A DNA stretch of 64,000 bases from the human T2T-CHM13v2.0 reference genome, Homo sapiens. The position numbers were made by a program, and so were the translations under genes. Below the pieces are notes generated by a model that ran no database searches, was not told the DNA's origin, and was given only the letters and a program-made list of their open reading frames with translations. Of this stretch, positions 1-13,312 are shown in pieces. Position 1 is the stretch's first letter, and every line of letters begins with the position of its first letter. The stretch lies in NCBI RefSeq assembly GCF_009914755.1, contig NC_060925.1; one strand, 5' to 3'.

Positions 1-955
1 TAAGTACTCCCACAGGTAAAGTTCCAGGAAAATATGCTCAAAGTGAAAGATTACAAAATAAAAAAGAAATAAAATGCAAAGAACAAAAGTCAGCATACAA
101 AACGAATAGAAGCATCAGAGCTACAAAGACTTTATATATTAAAAGTATCCAATATTTGCATAAAATAATAATGCCTTATTACTTTTCAAAGAATTAAAAA
201 AGGCTTAAACTTGAGCAAAGTATAAGAAACTTGGGATGTGAGGAATGATTAAACATATTTAGAGAATTACCAAAAAATAACTTAGAGAAATGGAAAATGT
301 AATTAGTAATACTAAACCTTCAACAAATGGTTAAAAATCAGATTATATGCAACAGAGGAGAAAACCAGTAGAGAAGAGAGAGCCAAAAGTATTACCCAAA
401 ATGTGACCCAGAGGAACAAAAAACAAAAATAACAACAACAAAACAAAACAGAACAAAAAAACAAAAAATGAAACATATAAAAGATTAAGATACATAAAGG
501 ATATAATGTGAAGGTCTAACCAATGAATAAGAGTTTCAGACAAACAATAGTAAGAAAAAAGAAACAAGAAATATTAAATTATATAATGGCTAAGCATTTT
601 TCCGAACTGGAAGAACAAACATTATACTGCCAGTGGGAGTATAAAATCTGGCAGACATTTTGGCATAACCTAATAAAATTAAATGTAGTTATTCCTTTCA
701 ACTTATCAATTTTACTCCAAAGGAATATTCCTTAGACAAAGTCTTGCACATGTACATTAGGAGACATGTATTAATACAATATTGTTCACAGGAGTGCTAT
801 TCATAATAGTGTGTGTGGTATAGTTGTACAATGGAATGCCATATAACAATAAAAATAAATGCATCAACATTGATTAACCTTGAAAACACAAAAAAGCAAG
901 TCAAAAGAATACATACCATTTGATTCTATTTCATAAAATGCAAAACAATAATCTT
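1..955 (+). mobile_element. Ancient L1M/HAL1-type remnants: ORF1-like part (~1-618) joined to an L1ME-like 3' end (~620-955)
   Basis: A-rich strand bias; decayed ORF1-like tract ending 'ataatggctaagcatttttccgaactg' (IMAENFPEL-like); downstream 'ccagtgggagtataaaatctgg...cacatgtacattaggagacatgt' resembles an L1M 3' end. Confidence 0.6.
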
Positions 956-989
956 TATAGGGATCTCTCTCTAAGATGGTCTCACACAC

Positions 990-1770
990 AGAGAACACTA
1001 CTATTAACTTATTCGTGTATATCCACCCAATCTTTGTTCATTGTTTTATAAACATATGCACTCACTTACTACATACCACATACTACATACCCACACACCA
1101 CAACATTTTTAAATGCCTGGGATCATACTGTATATATTGTTTATGACCTGCTTGTTTCACCTAGAATAAATCATAAACAGTTTCTCATGTTAAATAAAAA
1201 CTGTAAATGATTTTATTGGCCAGATAACATTCTATCATATAGGATAGACCATACTTAACCAATTCTGTACTATTAAACATTTAATTGATTCAACTATTTT
1301 TTCATAAGTAGTAGCACTGCAATAATGCATATTCTTACACTTGAATCTGTGTTATATCACTGTTCATTTCAATGGGATAAATTGCTCTCAATAGAATAGC
1401 TTGTTGAATGGTATGACACTATGGACTACAACCAGTGATATGAGAGTGACCGTGTCCCTAGGAGTCTTTCTAGATAATAATGTTCTATTTAATTTGTATC
1501 AATTTGATAAGTAAAAAATGGCATCAGCCTGTTTTAATGTACTCTCCTTTTATTTCTAATGAAGCTGAAATTTTTCTTATATGTGTATTTCTTTTTTAAT
1601 AGGTAGCATGTGCATTTGTTCCGTCTATTTGTATATTTATCTTGCCTTTCTCTTTCCTGCGTAGATTGTTTATCAGAAATAATTTGTGAAATGTGTGTGT
1701 ATGTTTGCTGAGGTTATTGTGCAATAGATTATCTTTTCCCAGCTTTGCATTTGACTATGTTTCCATGCCA
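990..1770 (-). mobile_element. Old L1ME-like 3' region, antisense
   Basis: 'gggatcatactgtatatattgtttatgacctgcttgtttcac', 'ctattaaacatttaattgatt' and 'ggcatcagcctgttttaat' resemble antisense L1ME 3' UTR/ORF2 end. Confidence 0.6.
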
Positions 1771-1898
1771 GGCAAACCATGTAACTGTCACTGGTCTTAT
1801 TCTTGGTGCTGCTATGTGCCACGCCTTTTACAGTGCTTCCTGAGATATTCCATATGCCTTGGGGCCACTAAACGAAGCTTCTTTCTAATGCTGTAGGT

Positions 1899-2231
1899 TG
1901 GGGATTGGCAAACTACAACAGGTAGGCCAAATCTTGCCTGCCACCTATTTTTGTATGGCCTGCAAGCTAAGAAAATATTTTAAATGGCTGGAAAAAAATC
2001 AAAGGAAGAATAACATTTTATGACACATAAAAATTATATGAAATTCAAATCTCAGTGTCCATAAACAAAGTTACATTGCAACACAGCCATGCTCATTCTT
2101 TTATGTATCATCTAAGGCTGCTTTTATGCTAAAATGGCAGAGATGAATTGTTGCAACAGAGACAGCATGGGTCAGCAAAGCCCAAAGTATTTACTATCTG
2201 GCCCTTTACAGAAAAAGTTTGCTGATCCCTG
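1899..2231 (+). mobile_element. MER58B-like hAT-Charlie non-autonomous DNA transposon
   Basis: TIRs tggggattggcaaact ... agtttgctgatccctg; 8 bp TSD ctgtaggt (1891-1898) / ctgtagat (2232-2239); ~333 bp. Confidence 0.85.
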
Positions 2232-3372
2232 CTGTAGATTCATAGCTTGAAAAGAGATAACGAATGACACATTCTATCTCTAATATGTCTCTTCTCACCT
2301 TTAGTGCTTGTCTGTTAGGGCTGCTAGTGGGATTTTGCCAGAATCTCTTTTACTCACTGCTATAATGCAGGGCATCTTTCTTTATCAGGAAGGATGGATT
2401 TGAGCCATGCCTTCTTTTAATCCAACTCTAGAAATTCCTTGAGGTATCTAAAATATGAATGGTATCTTCCTTTATTTTGGCTTTTATGCTTTTTTTTTTT
2501 TACCCATTTTAAATTCCTTTGACCATTTAAATGGCGGTTTGCACATAAGGAGGAACAGCTTTTTACTCAAATTACCTTCTTACCCCAGTTCATAGCTATT
2601 TATGTTGCAACTTAGAGGGGTGTTTAAACCAGAGTTTACACTTTCAAGGACTAGCATGGATCCCCTCTCATTCCATGATAATTGCCACTATCTACTAATG
2701 TATTTGGAACTGGAAAACAATGTAGGAAGCAATGATCTAAATTTTAAGTGAAAGAGAAATATAGTTAATACCTGATTATTTCTCCAAGTTTATCACACTT
2801 ATATTTTTGCAAGGGAGACAGAACAGCATTTTTGAATCACTAACTAATAATATTATTACCTCATTGTTAAAGCCAATATTTAAATAGGGTAACAAATAAT
2901 ACATTCTATCTCTAATATATCTCTTTTCATCCTTAGCTCTAGTACAGAGCCAAGAGAAACACTGTGTCCTTAGTCCATAACATTGACTTCCTCACTGTTT
3001 AGTAAGGTGCAAGTCCTATAGATGTGATCATTGGTATGGGCAGACCAGGTGAAGGAGCAAGCCAGACTGTTACATGGACCATCAGTCTGTAAGGAACACT
3101 GAAACATCAATAAAAAAGGAGATCGAGAAAACATTATCTATGAGAGTTTATCTCAAAGTAAGTACTGCATGAACCTGAACAGAGTACTTTGATAAATCAC
3201 TTGGGTCATTGCTGAGTAACAAAACATGATAACTAAACTTCCTTCTAAGGATAATGTTTTGCTAAGGGCTATTGTTTTGCTAAAGGAGTTATATGAATGA
3301 ATAGCGGCGATCCTTTTCCCCATCCGTCTCCCTTGCAGCTTTAAAGAGATGTTCTTAAAATAGATATTCATG

Positions 3373-3671
<299 letters not shown>

Positions 3672-4147
3672 AAATAGATATTCATGAAAGTTTAAAATGG
3701 ACACCAACTTTTCAGCCTTCAAGTCATCCACATATCATTCTAGTCCAGGGAAAGGAAATCCCCACATAAGTTTATGAAATACCCATCCTGGGCGTATAAC
3801 AAGTTGGGGAAAGAGGCTTAATGTGCCTATTTGTATACTGTTTCCCTACTGCATCCCATAGGAAAATAGTACAAAATGCTTCAAAAGTAACCTTGGTACC
3901 AGGGGATAATTAAAAGTGATACATGAGAAAAATCATGATGACCCAATGGAAAATGGGTTTTCATTTTCTTACCTTTCTGCAAAACCAGTATCTTTAACAG
4001 CAAGGAGCTCAGTGGCAGGAAGGAAGAGTAAGTCAGACGGATATACATTCAGAAAGACAGACAAAAAATGAATTGCTGGCATTGATATGTAAATCATGCA
4101 GCGAGCATTTTGCAAAGCATGTTGAAGTATAATTAAAGACTATGCTT

Positions 4148-4640
4148 GGCTGGGCATGGTAGCTTATGTATGTAATTGCAGCAGTTTGAGAGGCCAAGGA
4201 AGGCAGATTGCTTGAGCTCACAAGTTCAAGACAAGCCTGGGCAATATGGTGAAACCCCATCTCTACAAAATATACAAAAATTAGCTAAGTGTGATGGCAC
4301 ACACCTGCAGTTCCAGCTACTCAGGAGGCTGAGGCGTGAGAATCACTTGAACCCAGGAGACAGAGGTTGCAGCTGAGATCATGCCATTGCATTGTAGCCT
4401 GTGGGATGGAGCCAGATTTTGTCAAAAAGTGGAGAAGAAGAAGGAGAAGGACAAGGCGAAGGGGAAGGGGAAGGGGCAGGGGAAGGGGAAGAAAGAGGAG
4501 GAGAGGGGAGGAGAGTAGAGGGGAGGGGAGAAGAGCAGAGGGGAGGGGAGTAAGGGGGAGGGGAGGGGAGGGGAGTAGGGGGGAGGGGAGGGGAGGAGAG
4601 GAGAAGAGAAGGAGGAGGAGGAAGAGGAAGAGGAAGAAGA
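4148..4640 (+). mobile_element. AluJ (Jb-like) with tail expanded into a polypurine tract
   Basis: Alu body 4148-~4422 with 'ttgagctcacaagttcaagacaagcctgggcaatatgg'; TSD aaagactatgctt (4135-4147) / aaagactatcctt (4641-4653) encloses the GA-rich tract. Confidence 0.9.
4423..4640 (+). repeat. GA-rich polypurine low-complexity tract (GGGGAA, GGGGA, GGA, GAA units)
   Basis: Almost purely G/A for ~215 bp, with many G4-G6 runs. Confidence 0.95.
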
Positions 4641-4693
4641 AAAGACTATCCTTACAGTCAATCAAGTGCTGATATAAGAAGTACGAACTGTCA

Positions 4694-4724
4694 TATGTAT
4701 GTATGTATGGATAGATAGATAGAT

Positions 4725-4762
<38 letters not shown>

Positions 4763-4764
4763 CA
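4694..4764 (+). repeat. Compound tetranucleotide STR (TATG)n (GATA)3 GAT (GATA)9 GACA
   Basis: Read directly from the sequence. Confidence 0.95.
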
Positions 4765-5664
4765 TAAATATGAATAGAATTATTCCATAATAAACTGAAG
4801 ACCAACAAGACCTTATGGGATATACAAGAGGACAAGGGTAACAAAAACTAGAATCTTATTTAAAAAAAAAAGGATTTGTACTGGACCAGAACAAGGACTA
4901 TGTATTCTTTTAGTCATACTGGTTGATTACTATCAACTAAGCTTAAGGAAAGACCAGAAATTGATTTGGAATTTCATTGAAAAGAGACTAATCTGGAGAA
5001 AATGAGTTAAAGAGATACATTTAGATTTAATTGATAGTATGTTTTTAAAGGTTTCATTCAAATTTGTTCAGTTATTTTTAAGAAATACTTTCAATATGTT
5101 TATTAAGTCTCAAGTTAAAAAATTCAATAGGAAACAACTTAAATGCCAATTAAGAGGTATTAGTTAAATAAGATTTGGTACACAGAGGCTATATTCTAGA
5201 TATTGAACTATTGGATCCTTTTTAATATGCTGTCTTAATATAATTTCTGGCTGGCTGTGCTACATATTTTATTATGATGTTACTGAGATTTAGCATCACA
5301 TATTCAAGATACTCACTATGTACCTAGGGGAAAAACACATTAATTTTCTTTTATTTCTCTTATGACTTACACCTTGGCTGACCTTAGTCTTCTATATCTT
5401 TTCCTATATCTACCTTTCACCTCTAATTTAGGTTCCAATTTTCCACAGGTTCTAATATGCTAGCATCTATTTAAGCACCTTACATTTCCACATAAACCAA
5501 CATAACTGTAAAAATCTGTGCTACCCTGATTGCATAAATGTCTCAATCTTACTTTATACCTGAGGAACTTTCTGACTTACTGATATTGGGATAGTTTATC
5601 ATGACAGATCATGAAGACCAAACTCAATAAAGATGTCAGACTCTGGAATTTACACATGGTAGAA

Positions 5665-5810
5665 CATTGGAAAAATTACTTCCCGTCTTGAACTATGATT
5701 TCCCCATCTTCAAAATATGTAGCTCAAAAGATTGTTGTGAGCATTAAATATGATATTATATTTGTGATGCCCACCACAGTGCCTACCTGGTTGCTGAAGC
5801 TCCATTGGTA
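5665..5810 (+). mobile_element. MIR fragment
   Basis: 'gatttccccatcttcaaaat...gattgttgtgagcattaaat...cacagtgcct' MIR core and 3' end. Confidence 0.6.
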
Positions 5811-6011
5811 ATACTCCCTAAAAAAGATTCCTTCCTCAAATTCCAGAAGTCGGGGTCCTGATGTGAAGGAATGGATTCATGGTCAAGTTCCTTCTGACTT
5901 TTAGTAGCACCTACTTCCTGAAATCCCACATGGATTCCTGAGAAATTGCTCAAATGAAAAAGTATAATTTACCATGAAGGAGTAGGAGTATTAAGTTGAT
6001 TGTCAAGTGTT

Positions 6012-6118
6012 TCCTCCCTACTAGACTGTGGTCTTCAGAATAAAGGCTATATTATTGTTTTCTATATCCCTAGCAAGTGCCTACTGCACACTGGTAAATA
6101 TTTGCTGAATAAATAAAT
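6012..6118 (+). mobile_element. L2 3' end
   Basis: 'ccctactagactgtgg...aaatatttgctgaataaataaat' L2 terminus. Confidence 0.65.
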
Positions 6119-6662
6119 ACCATTTTTATCCTTTTTGATGAAAGTCCGAGGGTTGTTGATACCTGTCGGGATTAATCATGCACTCATACTTCTCTAAATG
6201 TTGAATATGGAATTACTGACCACTTTCTAAAAGATAAACCTTAGAGCCAAATCAGTTTTCCAAAATTCATTCAATCCATTCTATAGCTATATAGAAGGGA
6301 TTCTATATCTTCTTTTCTCTCTCTCCTTCTATCTCTTCATTTCTCTCTTTACTAATCCCATGTGGTTAGGATCCTAGTATATCTTTAAACTGAGTTTATC
6401 TTAATGGTATGTCTTAATAATCCTCACCATCCTCTTCCAGGTAATATGGCATTTCTATCTGTATTTCATCCTAATATTACATAGAAAGTTATATGAGCTT
6501 ACTACTGGGCCCTCATTTAAAGCAGTTTCTTAATAAATAATTATTAGATTTTGACATCCTTGGATTTAACCTTCTCCAGATATATTATTTCTCCAGAAGT
6601 CATCAATAGATTAGCTCTGGAGTTAAGATTAATTTAGGGGGATTTAGGCCATATGTGGGTAG

Positions 6663-7022
<360 letters not shown>

Positions 7023-7657
7023 TAAGAAAAATTTCACAAGCAAAAGGGGTGTATTTGTACAATATGTAAAAAAATAAAAAGGCTTCTGAGGTCAAATAAA
7101 ACACTAAGCTAAACAAAAATAAATTCTTGCAGTACATTTCAAATCCTTTATCATAGTATAATGAATTGTGAAATACACAAGGTTTCCCAACATGATTTGG
7201 CCATGAAGAACTTTTTTTTTTCTTGGAAAATCTAAAGGGATTAGTGGAAAGGCTGCTCTGTATATCTATCTTGCTCATAATGGCTTTTCTTTGTCTGTTG
7301 GGGAAGTCTTGAAAAGATCAATTAGTTTCTTCTGAAAGAAATCTTGTAATATCTTCTTTGACCCTTTGTCCTCTGAATTCATGGAGTGATCTTTGAAGCT
7401 CATTAAACCTTAACTAAAGTCACTGCTCTCATAGTTTTTCCTTCACATTATTTGAATCAAATACCTGTTCCACATTTGAGGTCCGTTAGATAGGGATGAA
7501 AAAATTTTGTTTAAAAAAACACAATATCCTTTCTTTACTTACTTCATAAATGTGCTTCTTAAACTTTACTTAATCTAATCTTCCAAACTTTACCACAATG
7601 GGACAAAAAAATTCTAACATTTTACTGGAAGGACCCTAAGATATTTTCTTTTTTCCT

Positions 7658-7982
7658 TTTCATTTATGCAACAAGTATTCATTGAGGGCCTACTATATAC
7701 CAGATACTATTTTAGGTTTTTGAGATATAGGAATGAACAAAGAATACTTTTTGTAGAGTCTACACTCTAGCTGGAGGAGGAAAATAGACAATAAAAATAA
7801 ATCAAGTAAACAAATAAATAAATAATTAAATATGTCAGACAGTAAACTTGCTGTGGGAAAACAAACAAACAAAAGAGGCAGAGGATAGGTTGAAATTTTA
7901 AATAAGATGGTCTCATTGGGAAGGTGGCATTTGAGCAAAGTCTCTAAGGAGGTGAAAGGTACAAACCTGAGTGAGACATGGC
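7658..7982 (-). mobile_element. L2 (L2a-like) 3' region
   Basis: 'tcatttatgcaacaagtattcattgagggcctactatataccag...gaaggtggcatttgagcaaag'. Confidence 0.75.
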
Positions 7983-9186
7983 TGTTCTCTCTCAACTGGA
8001 GAGACAGAGGCACAATTTTAATATATTTTGGTAAGTGACCATGGAAAGTTCAGGCTGCCCTGGGAACACAGGTCAGAGAAAAACTCTTCATTCTGGGAAT
8101 TCAGAGAAGAATTTTTAGAAGAGATAATGTTTGCCAATATTTATAAAGGGTAAATACACATTAATGTGAAGCTTATTTTCTCTGCTACCTAAATGATGAA
8201 TTGACAACTAGATGATTAGCCACCTTTGAAGCCTGGTTTTATGCAGAGCTGCATTAAATGTGACACCCTTCACTCAGCAGTGTGAAAAAACTCTAATCAT
8301 TTACCACCTTAGAGCTTATATATTTTTTTCCATCTACTAACTGGAATCAAGAAAAATAAAAAAATTCAGAAGTGATTTAAAAGCATAATAAATGCTTTTA
8401 AATAATAGGGAATTATAGGAGCCCACTTCTTGTGGATTGATTCATAAAATTATTAGCAAGCAACGTTTTAGTTTGTGGACCTGTTGTTTTTGCAGGCTGA
8501 CCCTTCTCTGCAATTGAAAGAAGCTGCATAATTGTAGGAAAGGGATAAGGACCCAGAAGTGGAATTTCAGGCAGGCATCTCTACAAAACAAGGGTAAGGG
8601 GGGAGGTGAGTCTCATAGTTTTCCATGTAGGTAGCCAACTGGTTGGCTTCAGCATGTCACCAGTCACAAGGCTGAAGCTAAATGCTTTGTCAGTGTCTGC
8701 CCCTCCTGAGAGGACTGCTGTGGAAACCACAGTGCCCACAGGCTTTGCTGAAAGCCATTTCAGTATTGGTGGAAAGAAAGGGCTATGTCAAACAAAGTGT
8801 AGCCCAGCAGATGCTGATCTCTCTCTTCCATGTGCGGCATCTATCCAAACCTGGGAGTTAAATTTTTCAGAGCGGAGGCTCCTTTTGTCGTGAAAGCCTA
8901 ACCTTCAATTTGAAAATGTTCTGAAAGCTTTCCTCAAGAAGAAAATATTTGTTCAAATCCTCAGAATGCAATAAGAAAATATCCTTCTAGCAAAAGCAAT
9001 GACTTAGCATTTTGGGATTGGCACAAAAGTAGGAAAACACAGCAAAGGGAATCGCAGCCTGTCTGGCTATTGGCTGAGTCTTGCTTCTGAGGATTAAATT
9101 GTCTTATGAACTTGGCTTACCTTCTCTCTTGATGGTTCTTGGATAGTATTCCCAAGACTTCATATTTTTATGTGTCCTAAATTTGC

Positions 9187-9372
9187 AGAATCTTAAAGAG
9201 ACACACAATATCATATGACAGACAGTAACTTCCACAATTCCCTCATTTTTGGTATGGGGAAACTGAGGTCTGGAGAGGTTCTAGGACTTATCTATAATGC
9301 CCCACAGTTAGTTAATGCCAGAGCTGGGGATAAAATTTAGTCTCCTCCCTCTTTCAACTGTTCCTTATTACC
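9187..9372 (-). mobile_element. MIR/MIR3
   Basis: 'ccctcatttttggtatggggaaactgaggtctggagagg' MIR core. Confidence 0.75.
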
Positions 9373-9949
9373 TCCAGCTCTCAGAAGTTAATTTTCTCCC
9401 ATTGTGCTTTTTATTCCCAGGTTATATGATGAAGTTTACATTAATGTTAGTAATGTCCTTGGAGCTAAGTCTTCGAAAAGTACTCTCAAGTGTGTACCCT
9501 TTAGGGAAATATAATCATGAATGAGAAACTAGGTGGTCTGGAAGAGGAATGATCAATGATGACACTTATTCCAAGTTCTCAGCCTCACAGAGCAATAGGA
9601 GCCAGCTCGCTTAATTTCTCTGTTTCCATATTTGCAAAATAAGGATTATCTGTGATTATCTGTTTCCATTTAGTGGTTGCTCTGTGAAGTATTTGAAATC
9701 AGTGTAGTGGTGAGTGGATGATAATGGTGAGAAGCGTTTGGGAGCTAGGGAAAATAGAAGTGTCTGCCCCCTCTCTGTTTTGCTATTCAGTAGCTGTAAC
9801 TGTACAGATTCTTCCTCAGATTGAAACTCCACTTCCCTTGTTTCCCGGTGGTTAGTCCCACTCCTGCTCATGCGACATAAGAACATATATAATAATCCAT
9901 TTTAATATATTTACTAACCAGGTCCTTTTGTTGTGCAATATTTTGTATA

Positions 9950-10165
9950 CTTAATTCAGTCCTTCAACAAATGCTTGCCTACTAGAACACTGTGTTAAGT
10001 GCTGAGGTTGCAAATGGTTTCTTGTTTAACTTTCATTCAACAAATACTGTATTTCATCTGCATCTACTACATAACATTTCCTGTGGTGGGTGCTGAGAAT
10101 GCAAAGTTAAGATAGAAACTTGACCTTGAGAAACATATGTCCAGTGAGAGATACAGGAGGAATAA
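9950..10165 (-). mobile_element. Two adjacent L2 3'-end fragments
   Basis: 'ttcaacaaat...gtgctgag' L2 terminus occurs twice (~9955 and ~10032). Confidence 0.55.
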
Positions 10166-11442
10166 ATAATACTTAAACCGCATTTATGTTTATCATTACA
10201 TTATCATGGCTTTTTCCTAGTAAAAGTTATGTAAATGTTATTTGATGTTTCTGCTGAACATATGAGCATGATAAGCTGCCACATTTCCAAAATAAAGATA
10301 AGGAAGTTGTCATTAGTAGCCTGGGTGGTTTTGTGGTAATTCTCTTTCTGTAATATCTATAATACTGTAGGACATTCATGGGCCTCATTTCACTTTTGCA
10401 GATGCAGGTGAAGAACCACTGCTTTTTATTAAGCTGCTGCCAGGACTCAAGCCCAACCTCTAACCCTAAAGTCCTTCTAGCCTCTGCAACTCTATGATGT
10501 AATCTGCTAGCCTGGACTTCTGAATAACCCCTGGGTACACTCCCAGTACCTGGATTGTTAGTTTATCCACTTTAGAGGATACATCTGAAACATCCCACTA
10601 GCTTGAATGGACATAGTAGCCATCACCGTGTTTTACAGACACCATGCTTCACCTGCCAGGCAGGATCCCTTTTAACTTGTCCCATGCCCTTTGCAGTTAA
10701 TGAGGTTGCATAGAATGGATTCTAGGATGTGATACAGACTCCAGAGACATGTGGACATTGGGAACAATATCATGAATGTACTTCAGGGACATCAGCTGAC
10801 AGTTCACTTTAAGATTCAAGTGTTTTTCTTCCCCATGGAAACATTTAGCTGAGCAATAATAGGAAAGGAGGAATATGAAAGAAGATATGGACAACTACAT
10901 CTGGTGTTGTGCATTTTATAATTGTGCATTAAGAAACTTCTAATCCTACAGACTTGATTCTAATAGAAACCAGATACTTCGGAGGTTTTATCTCCCAGGA
11001 TGTCTTCCAGGATCATAAGAAAATCCCCTACATAACCAGAGAAAGTGAGGTATTAGAGTCTGAGCAATGGACTGGTGTCAGCAATAATGAAATGGCTTTA
11101 AGGCTTAGGAGGCCAGATTTGTCAAAACCAAGTGGGGATATGCATGAAGACACAGTGGCATGAAAATAGGAGAGAGAGCAAGAACATTCAGCATGAATGT
11201 GTAGCAATGTCTCCAAAGCCAGATTATGCAGTAAAAGAGCCAGAGATCACATGGTCTGCACTGTTTTGTTTTGGTAAAGAACCTCGCCCACACTGTTTTG
11301 CATATTCTCTGCACAGAAATATTACAGAACAGTTACATCGTTACTGTTTTCCGTGCTATGTGAATGGGGCCCTAGAATGAAAGCAATTGTTCTTATAGAA
11401 CAAGGTTTTATCGCATGGTTAAACATGAAACCATGGCTCTTA

Positions 11443-11625
11443 GTCTTAGTTTTGGCCCTCCCAGAAGTAGAGCCTGATATAAATATTTGGGTACAAATGG
11501 ATTATTTTGTTCATGCAGACAACGGTAGACAAACAAAAGAAGAAAAACAGAGGAAGGAAGATAGTCACTAAACGGTGTACTATTAAGTCAGTTACCTCAA
11601 CATGGAGCTGCAGCTTAATCCCCTA
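11443..11625 (-). mobile_element. LTR16-family (ERVL) LTR fragment
   Basis: 'tcttagttttggccctcccagaagtagagcctgatataaatatttgggtacaaatgg...cagcttaatccc' is similar to the LTRs at 55710 and 56757. Confidence 0.55.
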
Positions 11626-12109
11626 GTATTTCTAGCCTGGCACATTGGACAATGTGATCTTCTGTGGTTCCAGAAAAAGAAAGAGATACAGAACTGGCAG
11701 CCAGGAGTCTGCTGAAGTAAAAGATACAAGTTCTGTGGGAGCGGCCCTCCAGCATGTGCTGAAATTCCTGTCCAGACGTCTAGAGAACTGCAGTTTAGTG
11801 CCCACAGTGGAAGGGAGGGTCTTCTCTTGCATGAGAATCATCAGTTCCAATGGTGAAACCCACAACATCCAGAAGAGCCCCAGATTCTCTTCTGAGACAG
11901 TCCTCTTCTATTGTAAAGTTGGAAAGAACGTGATAGTGTTCTCAGTAAGCCCTCCTAGCCCTTCCCTTAAGACACAACCAACAACATCAGCAGCAAACAA
12001 CAACAAGAATTATAAACATGTATTAGAGAAGCTAATACATTAGGACTATCAAGATCTCTGCTAAAGGCTTAGGGAATTTCTCCCCAGGGGCAGGGCTGAC
12101 TTGGTCTTA

Positions 12110-12330
12110 GTGAAGTGTGGTGTAAAGAGAATGGGCTTTCAAATTAGATGAGCCTGAATTGGAATTCCAGCTCTGGTAGTAATTATATATGTGATTCTGG
12201 CTCTCTGAGCCTCTATTTCCTCACTTATCAAGTGCAGACCAGTGTGGTCAGCTATATTGTGCGGTTCTTGGTAGAATTTTGAGAGTCTGCATCTGTGAAG
12301 TGCCTATTTATGGAACCCCACAAATGTAAA
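12110..12330 (+). mobile_element. MIR
   Basis: 'gagcctgaattggaattccagctctg...ctctctgagcctctatttcctcac'. Confidence 0.7.
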
Positions 12331-12999
12331 TCAAACAACACACTTCAGAGCCCCTTGCAACTTTCCCAAGCGCTGAGCTGCACCCTGTTTCGGTCTTCTT
12401 ATACAAACCACCTTCTGCAAACCTTGCTCATTTGGGCTGGTCTGACTTGGGGTCCAGTCTAGACCACTCTGCTGTCATGCAGGGAGCTTCTCTGATAGCC
12501 TCTGACAGAGCTCTCACAGTATCCTCAAATGCAATATCCTGTAAGGAAAAAGGAGAGCAGCTTTGGACCCAGACATATCTGGCTTTGTTACTTCCTATTT
12601 TGCTATGCAGTAAAAGTTTATTCAGTAGCTGTTGTATCCAAATCACTATATTAGGTGCTGTATGAACTCAGGAAAATCCAGGAATTCTGCCAGAGGCAGG
12701 GCATTTAGGGATGGAAAAGGAGCAAACACAAGGCTTGTCTCTTTTTGGAACATGGGAAAGTCTCTCATTCCCCAATCCCTAGGCCAAACCCAGCTACCAT
12801 AAAGGGGGTCAGAAAAGGCATGATCTCCCAAAAGGGATTTTAGAGAGTTGAATAAAAAAGGATGCCCAGAGTCATCACTAAATCACAGCCCATCAAGAAA
12901 TAAAACAGCAGGAATACTAACTGTAAACCCCATTATGTGAAGGGCGAAAGCAGTTGAAATATTGACATGTCTCTGCAGCATGGGACTATGAACATCTAG

Positions 13000-13312
13000 A
13001 ATGATGCTGGCATCTGTTCAGCTTCCAGAGAGGTCTCAGGAAATTTGCAATCATGGCAGAAGGCAAAGGGGGAGCAGGTATGTCACATGGTCAGAGCAGG
13101 AGCAAGAGAGCAAATGGGGAAGTGCTACATACTTTTAAGTGACCAGATCTTGCAAGAACTCATTATCATGAGGACAGTACCAAGGGGATAGTATTAAACC
13201 ATTCATGAGAAATTTACCCCCATGATCCAGTCACTCCCACCACACCCACCTTCAACATTGGGGATTACATTTCAATATGAAATTTGAGTGGGACAACATC
13301 CAAACTATATCA
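13000..13312 (-). mobile_element. MSTA-like MaLR LTR, partial
   Basis: 'aatcatggcagaaggcaaagggggagcagg...gggattacatttcaatatgaaatttg...ccaaactatatca' terminus. Confidence 0.85.

Noticed and set aside
4321-4672. Arg/Gly-rich and Pro/Leu-rich ORFs (79-114 aa)
   Set aside because: Translations of the polypurine Alu tail; low complexity with no gene context
11645-12043. 132 aa ORF in non-repeat DNA
   Set aside because: Non-ATG start, no recognisable homology and no clear splice frame; unsupported without PhyloCSF or expression data
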